64,000 nucleotides of DNA from Vicinamibacterales bacterium (GTDB lineage: Bacteria > Acidobacteriota > Vicinamibacteria > Vicinamibacterales > SCN-69-37). The stretch lies in contig JAWKHR010000008.1 in the NCBI GenBank assembly GCA_041394725.1, forward strand, positions 64,075 through 128,074, written 5' to 3'. Shown here piece by piece: positions 31,338 to 40,579 of the stretch (its first letter is position 1; each line of letters begins with the position of its first letter). The notes under the pieces were generated by a model. It saw nothing but the letters and a program-made list of their open reading frames with translations, was not told the DNA's origin and did no database searches. The position numbers were made by a program, and so were the translations under genes.

Positions 31338-33439
31338 TCAGCGGCCGGTCACCTGCACCCGCACATAGTCCACGGCGGCCGCGAGCGGCCGGCCGTCCGA
31401 CGCGCCGACGTCGGCGGGCCGCGTCTCGCGCGAGAAGTCGAGTGTGAGGACGTTGACCCCGGCACGCCACAGCCGCGCGGGCGCGGGCAGCTCGATCACC
31501 TGCCAGTCGCCGACCAGGACGACGGGTGGGAGCGCCGTGTCGCCGACCCGCACCATCAGGGTCTGCGGCGGCGCGGCGTCGTAGGTGAAGGGGACCAGGC
31601 GGATCTGCAGGGCCAGGTCCGCCGCGTGGTCCAGCGGGATCAGGACGCCCGCCTCGGCGCGCGCCCACCGGAACGTCGTGCCGTCACCGGCCCGTTCCGG
31701 CTGGTGCCAGCCGTCTCCGAGGAACACCTCGTCGTCGGTCCCCACGTCCACGCGGCCGTACTGGCGCGCGGGGTCGCCCAGGAAGCGGCGCGGCGCGAGC
31801 ACGTCGTAGCGGCCGGGACCGATGCCGTTGCGCACCGCCCAGGCGAGGTTGGCGGGCCAGGACGGCGGATGGCCGACCGCGTCGTGGATCGCGCGCGCCT
31901 GGCCCGCCGCCAGATCGCCGAACGACACCGGCTGGCCGATGCGATAGACGCGCCCGCCGCGCGCGACCGCCATCAGCGACACGTTCCAGACGACGAGCAG
32001 GCTCATCAGCGCGACGGCGGTCGCGGCCGGCCGCCGCCGCACCGTGGCGGCGAGCCAGGCGAGGAATGCCGCCAGTCCGACGGTGAAGAACGGGATGAGG
32101 CTGTCGAACCGGCGGCCGCCGTAGCCCGCGCCGCCCCACCAGTCCTCGACGGCGCCGTTGGTCCACGTCATCAGCGCGAAGACGACCAGGCCGGCGGCCG
32201 AGAGCCGCCGGTCGCGGCGCCAGAGCAGTACCAGGCCGATCGCGCCGAGGTAGAGGGCCGGCGAGGTCGCGAACAGGCCGCTCCGCGACGACCAGAGCAG
32301 GTCCGCGATCTGCGGATGCGACCAGAACATCGCGGGCGCGATGGGGGACCGCGCCACCCACTGCCCGTAGATCGCGTGCCACGCGAGGAGCTGCGGCAGG
32401 AAGCCGGCGAGCGCGCCGACGCCGAACAGGGCCCCCGCGACGACGACCTGTCGCGGCGCGGGTGGCGAGTCCGGCCGGGCCGTCTCAGCCCCGGGTGCCG
32501 GGCGCCGCTTCGCGGGGGCGGTGCCGACCGCCATCGAGCGACCCAGGGCCCCGGCCATCGTCGCGGCCGGCAGCAGCAGCACGATCGCGTTCTGCCAGCG
32601 CACGGCCATCATCAGGCCTCCGGCCAGGCCGAGCAGCGCCCACGCCCGCGGCGACCACGTGCGCGCCGCGGTGAGTCGCAGGCCAGCCGAGGACGACGGC
32701 CGAGACGGCCGCCATCGAGACGGCGTGACTCATCGTGGGTCTGCGGACGAGGTACCACAGCACGAAGGACCCGCCGCTCCGCGGCGGCCACGGCGAGCGT
32801 CGAGACGCGGGCGCCGAACCGCGTGCGCGCGATCGCGTAGCACGCGAAGAGGCCCAGCAGGCCGTAGCACAACCCGGCCAGGCAGACGGCCTGCCGGTAC
32901 GGGAACGACGTGCCGTCGGCGGCGACGTCGGGCCGGTGCGCGCCGGCCCAGACGGCCGCGACGTGCCCGAGTCCGATGAACGGCGACCAGAGCAGCGCCG
33001 GGCCGATCGCCCACGTCGTCTGCGCGTGGCCCGTCGCCGTGGGTGTGAACAGGTGCTGGTGCTGCGCGTCGTCCAGGCCGAGGCGCCGGTAGTCGTTCGT
33101 CAGGTCCACGTCGTGGTCGAACCAGATCGAGCGGGCGTAGGCGTAGTAGTAGAACCCGTCGCTCTGGAGGCGGGCGCCCAGGCGGCCCTGGACGACCGAG
33201 CCGGCGGCCACGAGCGCCAGGAACAGGGCCACCTTGCGGGTGGCGGAGGACGAGCGCGGGCGCTCGATGATCCACCCCGCCGCCAGGAGCGCGAGCGCGA
33301 GCGTCCAGCCGATGGCCCATGCCGGGCCGTCCACGACCTCGAGCAGCGCGGCGCGCGTGAGCTGGCGCCAGGCCAGGTCGAGCACGGCGAACGCGAGCAG
33401 CATCCACGCCACCGGCGCCGCGGCGCGCGAGGCCGTCAT
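31338..33439 (-). pseudogene. GT-C-like polytopic membrane protein; frameshifted tandem paralog of the 33436..35469 gene
   Basis: Three consecutive minus-strand frames (33439-~32778, ~32778-~32682, ~32682-31338) together align along the whole length of the intact neighbour. Two +1 shifts are needed to restore the frame. Confidence 0.7.
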
Positions 33440-35469
33440 CGCGCGTCTCCGTCACGGACGGCCACGCGGACGTTGTCCACGCCGGCGGCCAGGGCGCGCG
33501 TGTCGCCGTTGCCGAGCAGGTCGGCGGGCGTGGCCGCCCACGCGAAGCGCAGGCGCAGTCGTGTGAGCCCGGCGGTCCACGCGGCGGCGTCGGTGGCGAC
33601 CGTGATGTCGCCCCAGTCGGCCGGCACCTCGATCGGTCCGAACGTCGCGCGGCCCGTGTCGATCGTCACGGCCTGCGGTGGCGCGCCGGGCGGCGCGAAC
33701 GCGCGCAGGCGGATCCGCACGTCGAGCGGCGCGGCGTGATCCAGCGGGATCAGCAGCACCGCCTCGCGCGTCGCCCACCGGAACGACCGGTCGCCGTCGC
33801 GCTCGGGGGCGTGCCAGCCCTCGCCGACGTAGATCCCGTCGTCGCCGCCGACGTCCACCTGGCCGTACGGCCGCGTGCGGTCGCCGAGGAAGCGGTAGGC
33901 GGAAAGCAGGTCCCAGTCGCCCGGCGGCACGGCATGGCGCGCGGCGAACCACAGGTTGACGGGATAGGAGGCCGGGTGGCCGAACCAGTGATGCAGCGTG
34001 CGCGCCTGAACGCCGGAGATCGCGCCGAACTCGACGGGCTCGCCGAGCCGGACGAGCCCCTGCTGGGCCGCGCCCATGAAGGTGAGGTTCCACAGCACGA
34101 GCGCGGCGACCACGCCGCCGGCGACGAGGCGCGGACGGCGCGCGACGACGCCCTGGAGGCCGGCGAGCGCGACGGCCATCCCCGGCACGAGCAGCGGGAC
34201 GACCCCGTCGAAGCGGCGGCCGCCGTAGCCATCGCTGCCCCACCAGTCGTAGATGCTCGCGTTGAACCACGCCATCACGGCGCAGGCGGCGAGGATCGGC
34301 ACGCCGACCGCGGGGCGGCGGAGCGTGAAGCCGAGGCCGCCGAGGGCCGCGACGTAGAGCACCGGTGACATCGCGAACAGCCCGTTGCGCGACGAGAACA
34401 GCACGTCCACCAGGTGCGGGTGCAGCGGGTCGATCGCGGGGCCGAGCGGCGAGACCGCGAACGGCGCGCCGTAGATCGCCTGCCACGCGATCATCTGCGG
34501 GACGAACGCGATCGTGGCCGCGGCCATGAACGCGAGGCCGTGGCCGGCGGTGCGGCGCGCGGCAGGCCAGTCGCGCGCGGCGATCGCGCGCGACAGCGCG
34601 GTGCCGGCCTCCGCCGCGGGCAGCAGCGCGAACAGCACGTTCTGCCACCGGATGAGCCCGGCGAGGCCGGCCAGCGCGCCGAGCAGCACCCAGCCGGCGG
34701 GCGTGCGCCGGCCGAGCGTCCGTACCCACAGCCACGCGAACCCCGCCACCACCGCCATCGACGGCGCGTGCGTCATCGTCGGCTCGACCAGCGCGTACCA
34801 CGTCATGAACGAGCCGCCGAGGACGAGCGCGGTCGCGAGCGCGGCGCGGCGCGGCGTGGTGAACTCGCGCGCGAGGCCGAAGGCGAACCACGCGCCGAGC
34901 AGCGCGTAGGCGAGGCCGGCGATGCAGACGGCCTGCCGGTACGGGTATGACGTGCCGTCCACCGCGACGTCCGCGCCGCCGGCGGCCAGCCGAGTCGCCG
35001 CCAGGTGGCCGACCGCGAAGAACGGCGACCAGACGATGGCCGGCCCGATCGTCCACGCCGAGTGCGCGTGTCCCGTCGCCGTCGGCTCGAAGAGCTGCGG
35101 CTTGTCCGTCTGGCCGAGCATCGCGTAGTCGTTCAGGAAGTTGACGTCGTGGTCGAAGGCGATCGAGCGGAGGTAGGCGTAGTAGTAGAAGCCGTCGCTC
35201 TGGAGCCGCGCGCCGAAGTGGAGCTGCAGCGCGAGGCCCGAGGCGAACAGCGCGGCCAGCACGGTCACGGTCGCGCGCCGCCACGGCCGGGCTGCCGCGG
35301 CCCACAGCGCCAGGCCGGCGACGGGAAGCGCCGCCAGGGCCAGCGGGTTCTCGGGCAGGAGGCCAATCGGCCGGGTTCGCGTGAGCTGTCGCGCGACGGC
35401 CTCGATCGCCGGCAGGACGATGGCGATCCAGGCGAGGACGACCGCCAGGCGCTTGGGGCCGCGCACCAT
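33436..35469 (-). CDS. GT-C-like polytopic membrane protein with a C-terminal beta-rich periplasmic domain (uncharacterised family)
   Basis: Start ATG 35469 (MVRGPKRLAVVLAW) overlaps the stop of the upstream gene. More than 10 hydrophobic segments. First-loop motif ARLQSDGFYYYAYLRSIAFDHDVNFLNDY. C-terminal module GEGWHAPERDGDRSFRWAT... Confidence 0.7.
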   Translation of the reverse strand: MVRGPKRLAVVLAWIAIVLPAIEAVARQLTRTRPIGLLPENPLALAALPVAGLALWAAAARPWRRATVTVLAALFASGLALQLHFGARLQSDGFYYYAYLRSIAFDHDVNFLNDYAMLGQTDKPQLFEPTATGHAHSAWTIGPAIVWSPFFAVGHLAATRLAAGGADVAVDGTSYPYRQAVCIAGLAYALLGAWFAFGLAREFTTPRRAALATALVLGGSFMTWYALVEPTMTHAPSMAVVAGFAWLWVRTLGRRTPAGWVLLGALAGLAGLIRWQNVLFALLPAAEAGTALSRAIAARDWPAARRTAGHGLAFMAAATIAFVPQMIAWQAIYGAPFAVSPLGPAIDPLHPHLVDVLFSSRNGLFAMSPVLYVAALGGLGFTLRRPAVGVPILAACAVMAWFNASIYDWWGSDGYGGRRFDGVVPLLVPGMAVALAGLQGVVARRPRLVAGGVVAALVLWNLTFMGAAQQGLVRLGEPVEFGAISGVQARTLHHWFGHPASYPVNLWFAARHAVPPGDWDLLSAYRFLGDRTRPYGQVDVGGDDGIYVGEGWHAPERDGDRSFRWATREAVLLIPLDHAAPLDVRIRLRAFAPPGAPPQAVTIDTGRATFGPIEVPADWGDITVATDAAAWTAGLTRLRLRFAWAATPADLLGNGDTRALAAGVDNVRVAVRDGDAR

Positions 35470-37028
35470 CAGTCGGGCAGCCGGTAGACGCGCCACTCGG
35501 CCCCGGGGTGATCGGCCGTCGGCACGATCGCGGTCAGCAGCTGCAGGCGGTCGAAGAGCTGGCGATAGGCGCGCGTGGCCGCGTTCGGTGGCGTCGCGGT
35601 GAGCGGCGGCCCGAACGCCTGCGAGGAGGCGACCAGGTACTCGTACCCCTCCGCGCGGTAGTGATCGAGGTCGAATTCGGCGAACGTCGGGAGATTCTCC
35701 GTGGCGTAGTGGTCGCGCGGCAGGAGCAGGCCGCGTGATTCCACCGCCACGTGGGCACCGGCGGGAATCTCGGCCAGGATCCACCGGTAGGCGAGCTCGG
35801 CCGTACCGGTCCGGGCGTACAGCCGCGTCGCGTCGACCGACAGCCACGCGGGCCACCCGGCGGCCAGCACGACGAGCGCCGTCGTCGCCCACCGGCGGTG
35901 CGCCGGCGATGCCAGCCGCGAGGCCACCGCCCCGGCCAGGGCCGCCAGCGTGCCGCCCATCAGGACGGCGAGCGGCGGCAGGATGGGCAGCAGGTAGCGC
36001 GCGTAGATCAGGCGCTGGCCGGCGACGAGCCAGAACGTGAGGACCACGAAGACCGCCAGCGTCGCCCAGGTCGCGCGCACGGAGGCCGCTGCGCCCGGCG
36101 TGTCGCGCCCCGGCACCTCGCCGCGCCACGTCTCGCGCACGGCCCAGAGGAGCGACGCGCCCGCCAGCAGCAGCGCCGGCCAGCCCAGGTTGTTGCGCAG
36201 GTGCTTCAGGTAGGTGATCCACGCCGGCTCGATGGCCGCCGGGCCGACGGCGTACATGTGCGACAACGTGCCGAACTTGTTCAGAAACGCGGGCAGGTCC
36301 AGCACGGTGTAGGGCGCGAAGACGAGGAAGGCCGCCGCCGCGCCCGCGATGGCGGCTCCGGCCGAGCGCAGGCGGTCGGGCTGCCCGCGCCGCAGGAGCA
36401 GGGAAAGCAGCGGCAGCAGCAGCACCGATCCGCCGTGGTACTTGGTGGCGGCCGCGAGTCCCGCCGCCACGCCCGGCCAGGCGTACGCGCGCGGCGTGGC
36501 GCGGTCGAACGCCCGGAGCGTCAGCAGCATCGCCAGCGTCGCGAAGAACGTCATCGGGACGTCGGTGAGGATGAAGTGCGACTCGCGCACGTGCATCGGC
36601 TGCACCGCGAGCAGCAGCGCGCCGACCGACGCCGCGAGCAGGCCGATCCGCCGGCCGATCAGGAATACGAGGGCCACCGTGGCCGTGCCGAGCGTGGCGG
36701 TCACGGCCCGGCCCCAGAGGTAGAACTCGGAGGAGGGCGCCTGGTCGAGCGTCGCCCAGAGCCCCGCCATCGCGCCGGTCATGAACCGCAGCACCGCGAC
36801 GCCGGTCTGCAGGTAGATGTAGAGCGTCGGGTAGTCGAAGAAGTCGGGATGGAAGTCCCCGGTCTTCATCATGCGCACCGCGCGCTCGAGAATCTCGGGC
36901 TCGTCCACGCCGATCGCGAAGGGAATACCCTGCCCGAGCCCGGCGAACCGCAGCCAGGCGGCGACGAGCAACAGGACGACGAGGACGAGGGTCTCCCTCC
37001 CGCTCAGCGAGGAGCGTGGCGTTGGCAC
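35469..37028 (-). CDS. GT-C glycosyltransferase, ArnT/PMT_2-like (GT39/GT83-type)
   Basis: Polytopic. First periplasmic loop has an acidic motif (FAIGVDEPEILERA), with the typical YPTLYIYL and ATKYHG segments. GTG start at 37028. Confidence 0.8.
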   Translation of the reverse strand: MPTPRSSLSGRETLVLVVLLLVAAWLRFAGLGQGIPFAIGVDEPEILERAVRMMKTGDFHPDFFDYPTLYIYLQTGVAVLRFMTGAMAGLWATLDQAPSSEFYLWGRAVTATLGTATVALVFLIGRRIGLLAASVGALLLAVQPMHVRESHFILTDVPMTFFATLAMLLTLRAFDRATPRAYAWPGVAAGLAAATKYHGGSVLLLPLLSLLLRRGQPDRLRSAGAAIAGAAAAFLVFAPYTVLDLPAFLNKFGTLSHMYAVGPAAIEPAWITYLKHLRNNLGWPALLLAGASLLWAVRETWRGEVPGRDTPGAAASVRATWATLAVFVVLTFWLVAGQRLIYARYLLPILPPLAVLMGGTLAALAGAVASRLASPAHRRWATTALVVLAAGWPAWLSVDATRLYARTGTAELAYRWILAEIPAGAHVAVESRGLLLPRDHYATENLPTFAEFDLDHYRAEGYEYLVASSQAFGPPLTATPPNAATRAYRQLFDRLQLLTAIVPTADHPGAEWRVYRLPD

Positions 37029-37040
37029 GGAACAGATTCT

Positions 37041-37186
37041 AAGGGTCCTGAGGGTTCCAGGGGCCCCGGGTTCCGAGGGTCCTGCGTGCCGAGGCGTCCT
37101 GGGACGCTTTGGGGGCCTCAGGACCCGAACCCTGGGGCCCGCCCTGGAGACCCGGAGCCTGGGACCCTGGGACCCTCAGGACCTTT
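37041..37186. repeat. Dyad-symmetric GGWCC-rich element in a divergent promoter region
   Basis: The outer arms AAGGGTCCTGAGGGTTCCAGGGG (37041-63) and ACCCTGGGACCCTCAGGACCTTT (37164-86) are reverse complements at 20 of 23 positions. There are inner GGGTCCTG / CAGGACCC copies and a CTGGGACC tandem. Confidence 0.6.
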
Positions 37187-37206
37187 GATACCCTGTCCCG
37201 CGCCTC

Positions 37207-37983
37207 ATGACGGAACCCGACCTCAGGGCGGCGGTGGAACGGCTGTCCTGGTATCACTCGATCGATCTGGGGCAGGGCGTCGTGACACCGGGCGTCGACG
37301 ACACGCCGCAGCGGCTGGCGCGGCTGGACCTGCCGTCGCTGACCGGGAAGACCGTGCTCGACGTCGGCGCCTGGGACGGCTTCTTCTCGTTCGAGGCCGA
37401 GCGTCGCGGCGCGGCCCGCGTGCTGGCGACCGACTCGTATTCCTGGAGCGGGCAGGGCTGGGGCCGGAAGGACGGCTTCGACCTCGCGCGGCGCGTGCTC
37501 GCCTCGCGGGTCGAGGATCTGCGGATCGACCCGATGGATCTCTCCCCCGAGCGCGTCGGGCAGTTCGACGTCGTCTTCTTCCTGGGCGTGCTCTATCACC
37601 TGCGCCATCCGCTGCTCGCCCTGGAGCGTGTCGCGTCGGTGACGCGCGAGTGCCTGGTCGTCGAGACCGTCGTGGATCTCGTCGGGTTCGGGCGGCCGGC
37701 GGCGGCGTTCTACCAGGGCACCGAGCTCAACGACGACCCGACCAACTGGTGGGCGCCGAACCACGCGGGGATGGACGCGATGCTGCGCGCGGTCGGGTTC
37801 GAGCGCGTGCGGACGGTGACGCCCCCGCCGGGCGCCCTCTACCGCGCGGCGCGCGCGGTCTACCACCGCGTGCGCGGGCGGAACACGGTCCGGCTCGCGT
37901 TCCGCCAGGACCGCGGGGTGTTTCACGCCTGGCGCGGGTCGGCGGGCGCCGGGGGCGGACCGTCCTCGAGCAGCTCGCGGTAG
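37207..37983 (+). CDS. Class I SAM-dependent methyltransferase
   Basis: Motif I VLDVGAWDGFFSFEAERRGA, motif post-I VLATD, then FDVVFFLGVLYHLRHP. The only plus-strand gene inside the glycan locus. Confidence 0.8.
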   Translation: MTEPDLRAAVERLSWYHSIDLGQGVVTPGVDDTPQRLARLDLPSLTGKTVLDVGAWDGFFSFEAERRGAARVLATDSYSWSGQGWGRKDGFDLARRVLASRVEDLRIDPMDLSPERVGQFDVVFFLGVLYHLRHPLLALERVASVTRECLVVETVVDLVGFGRPAAAFYQGTELNDDPTNWWAPNHAGMDAMLRAVGFERVRTVTPPPGALYRAARAVYHRVRGRNTVRLAFRQDRGVFHAWRGSAGAGGGPSSSSSR

Positions 37984-39245
37984 AGCGCGATCGTGCGGTC
38001 CGCGAGGACCGGCCACGCGAAGTCGCGCTCGACGATCTCGCGGCTGCGCGCGCCCATCGCCGGCAGGTGTGCCCCCCGCACGACCGCGTCCTCGACGGCC
38101 GCGGCGAGCGCATGGGCGTCGTCGGGCTCGACGAGCCAGCCGTTGACGCCGGGCCGGACCTTGTCGGGCAGCCCGCCCGCGGTGGTGGCGATCACCGCGC
38201 GGCGATGGGCCATCGCCTCCAGCGTCACCAGCGAGCTGCCCTCGTAGCGGCTCGGATGGACGAACACGGTCGCGGCCTCGTACCAGGCGTGCAGATCCGC
38301 CTCGGCCGCGCGGCCGACGAAGATCGCGTGCGACGCGAGCCCCGCGGCCTCGACCGCGCGCTCGAGCGGGGCGCGGTACGGCCCGGCGCCGACGATCACC
38401 CAGCGCCAGCCGGCGGCCGCCAGCGGACCGTCGGGCCGGCCGGCGCGCCCGAGCGCGGCTGCCAGCACGTCGAAGCCCTTGTTGTGCTCCAGGCGGCCGA
38501 CCGAGAGCAGCACGACGTCGCTCGCGCGGATGCCGTACTGCTGCCGCACCAGCCGGCCCTCGGCCGGGCCGGCCAGGCCGGAGGCCTCCACCAGGTCGAT
38601 CCCGTTCGGGATGGTCCGCAGCTGGCCGGCGCGCGGTCGCAGGTGTCGCTCGACGGTGGACTCGAGTGATACGTCCGTGGCGAGGATGGCGTCCGCCGCG
38701 CGCGCGCACGCGCGGACGGCGACGCGCAGCGGCAGGTAGCCGAGCGCCTTGGCGCGCGACAGCCGGCGTGACGTCGCGCCGAATTCCTCGAGGCCCTGCG
38801 GGTTGAAGACGAGCGGCGCGAGCGCCGCGTCGCGGCCGTCGCCCGTCGTCTGCCGGCGGCGCGCGCGCGCGTAGCCCAGCACCGCGGCGCCGAAGCCGTG
38901 CACGATGTCGATCTCGCGCGCCTGCACCAGTCGCAGCGCCTCGCGTCCCGCGCGCAGGCCGAAGAGCGGGTACGCCGTGCTGCGATCGAGGATGGTCGTC
39001 CCGCGCCGGTTGGCGAGGGGGAACGTGCGGTACGGCACGTGGCGCAGGTGGATGCGCGGCGACCCGAACGGGTCGGCCGGCCGGCGGTGCGCCACCGGCG
39101 AGGCCTCCGGCGTGATGAGCGTCACGTCCACGTCGCGCGCGGCCAGGTGGCGGACCAGGTCGCGAACGGACCGCTCGAGGCCGCCCGTGCCGTGCAGCGG
39201 CATCACCGCGCGGGCGACGACGGCCACCCGCAGGGGCCGGCTCAC
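37923..39245 (-). CDS. GT4-family glycosyltransferase
   Basis: N-terminus LRVAVVARAVMPLHGTGGLERSV. C-terminal E-x7-E region PSRYEGSSLVTLEAMAHRRAVIAT. Confidence 0.85.
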   Translation of the reverse strand: MSRPLRVAVVARAVMPLHGTGGLERSVRDLVRHLAARDVDVTLITPEASPVAHRRPADPFGSPRIHLRHVPYRTFPLANRRGTTILDRSTAYPLFGLRAGREALRLVQAREIDIVHGFGAAVLGYARARRRQTTGDGRDAALAPLVFNPQGLEEFGATSRRLSRAKALGYLPLRVAVRACARAADAILATDVSLESTVERHLRPRAGQLRTIPNGIDLVEASGLAGPAEGRLVRQQYGIRASDVVLLSVGRLEHNKGFDVLAAALGRAGRPDGPLAAAGWRWVIVGAGPYRAPLERAVEAAGLASHAIFVGRAAEADLHAWYEAATVFVHPSRYEGSSLVTLEAMAHRRAVIATTAGGLPDKVRPGVNGWLVEPDDAHALAAAVEDAVVRGAHLPAMGARSREIVERDFAWPVLADRTIALYRELLEDGPPPAPADPRQA

Positions 39246-39261
39246 GCGCGCCTCCGCGCGG

Positions 39262-40554
39262 TCATGCCGCCCGCTGCGGCAGCAGGCCGCGGTAGACCTG
39301 CTCGACGCGCGCGACGACCGAGTCGGCCGAGAAGCGGACCCGCACGTCGGCGCGCGCGGCGGTGCCCAGCTTCACGCGGAACCACTCGTCGGCGACCAGG
39401 CGCGCCAGGTCGCGGGCGAAGCCGTCCGGATCGCGCGAGAGCAGCCCGGTCTCGCCCGGGTGGAGGATGTCGCGCGTGCCGCCCGTGTCCATCGCCGCGA
39501 TGGGCACGCCGAGCGCGGCCGCCTCGACGAGCACCCGGCTCAGCGACTCGGGGCCGTAGGACGGAAAGGCGAGCAGCGCGGCGTGGCGCATCAGCGCGAG
39601 CACGTCCGGCCGGTCGCGCCAGCCGAGCACGCGCAGGTCCACGCCCGCCGCGCGAGCCTCCGCCTCGAGGCGGCCGCGCAGCGGGCCGTCGCCCACGACC
39701 ACCAGCGGCCACGGCGCCCCCGCCCGCGCCCAGGCGCCGACCAGGAACTGCACGCCCTTGTTGGTGGCGAGCTTGCCGGCGTAGAGCGCGTACGGTCCCG
39801 TGATCTCGCGCGGCGCCGCGGCGTGGACCTCGTCCAGCAGGGTCATGTCGAACGGGTTCGGGATCGTGAACATGGGCGTCCGCGCCAGCTCCGGGGCGCG
39901 CGCCTCCAGGTCGCGCGCGATGGCCGAGCTCACCGCGATCACCGCGCCCGCGCGCGCGAGCGTCCGGCGCTTGGTCCGGAGGTTCCGGCGCATGTACGGA
40001 ATCACCGGCCAGGCCGCCACCGATGCCGATCCCGCCCGGGGCTGGACGCACCGCGTCATCATGCGCGTCGTGCAGGCCGGGCACAAGGTCGGCGACGCGG
40101 GGTCGAAGATCAGGTCGGACCAGTAGCACACCGGCCAGTAGTCGCGCACGGTCGCCACCACCGGCACGCCCGCCACCGCGGCGGCGCGGATCGAGGGCAC
40201 GGTGGTCATCACGTGCTGCGCGTGAACGACGTCGACGGGCCGCGTGCGCAGCCGGTCGTGGAGCAGCCGCGACGAGAGCTGCGACCACAGGCGCTCGTTC
40301 TTCAGGACGTTGCGGAGGACCGGGATGTCCGGCGCCCGGCCGCGGAAGATCGTCACCGGCAGCCCGCCGTACTCGCCCTCGTGGATGCCGGGCGCGGGGC
40401 CGCTCTCGCCCGTCACCACCTCGACCTTCACCACCTCGACGTGGTGCCCCGCCGTCTGGAGCCCGCGCGCCAGCTCCCACGTGCTCCAGCCGCTCCCGCC
40501 GCAGCGCGGCGGGAACGAGTCGGTGGTGATGAGGATACGCAGCGGTGTGCTCAT
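39262..40554 (-). CDS. GT4-family glycosyltransferase
   Basis: LRILITTDSFPPRCGGSGWSTWELARGL. C-terminal PSYGPESLSRVLVEAAALGVPIAAMDTGG. Confidence 0.85.
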   Translation of the reverse strand: MSTPLRILITTDSFPPRCGGSGWSTWELARGLQTAGHHVEVVKVEVVTGESGPAPGIHEGEYGGLPVTIFRGRAPDIPVLRNVLKNERLWSQLSSRLLHDRLRTRPVDVVHAQHVMTTVPSIRAAAVAGVPVVATVRDYWPVCYWSDLIFDPASPTLCPACTTRMMTRCVQPRAGSASVAAWPVIPYMRRNLRTKRRTLARAGAVIAVSSAIARDLEARAPELARTPMFTIPNPFDMTLLDEVHAAAPREITGPYALYAGKLATNKGVQFLVGAWARAGAPWPLVVVGDGPLRGRLEAEARAAGVDLRVLGWRDRPDVLALMRHAALLAFPSYGPESLSRVLVEAAALGVPIAAMDTGGTRDILHPGETGLLSRDPDGFARDLARLVADEWFRVKLGTAARADVRVRFSADSVVARVEQVYRGLLPQRAA

Positions 40555-40579
40555 CGGCGTGGGAGTCGCAGCGGCGCGC

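Noticed and set aside
37022-37040. TGGCAC at 37023-37028, which looks like a sigma-54 -24 box.
   Set aside because: No TTGC/GC element lies at the required +12 spacing (the sequence is TGGCAC-ggaac-agatt). The hexamer is simply the reverse complement of the GTG start and second codon of the ArnT-like gene.
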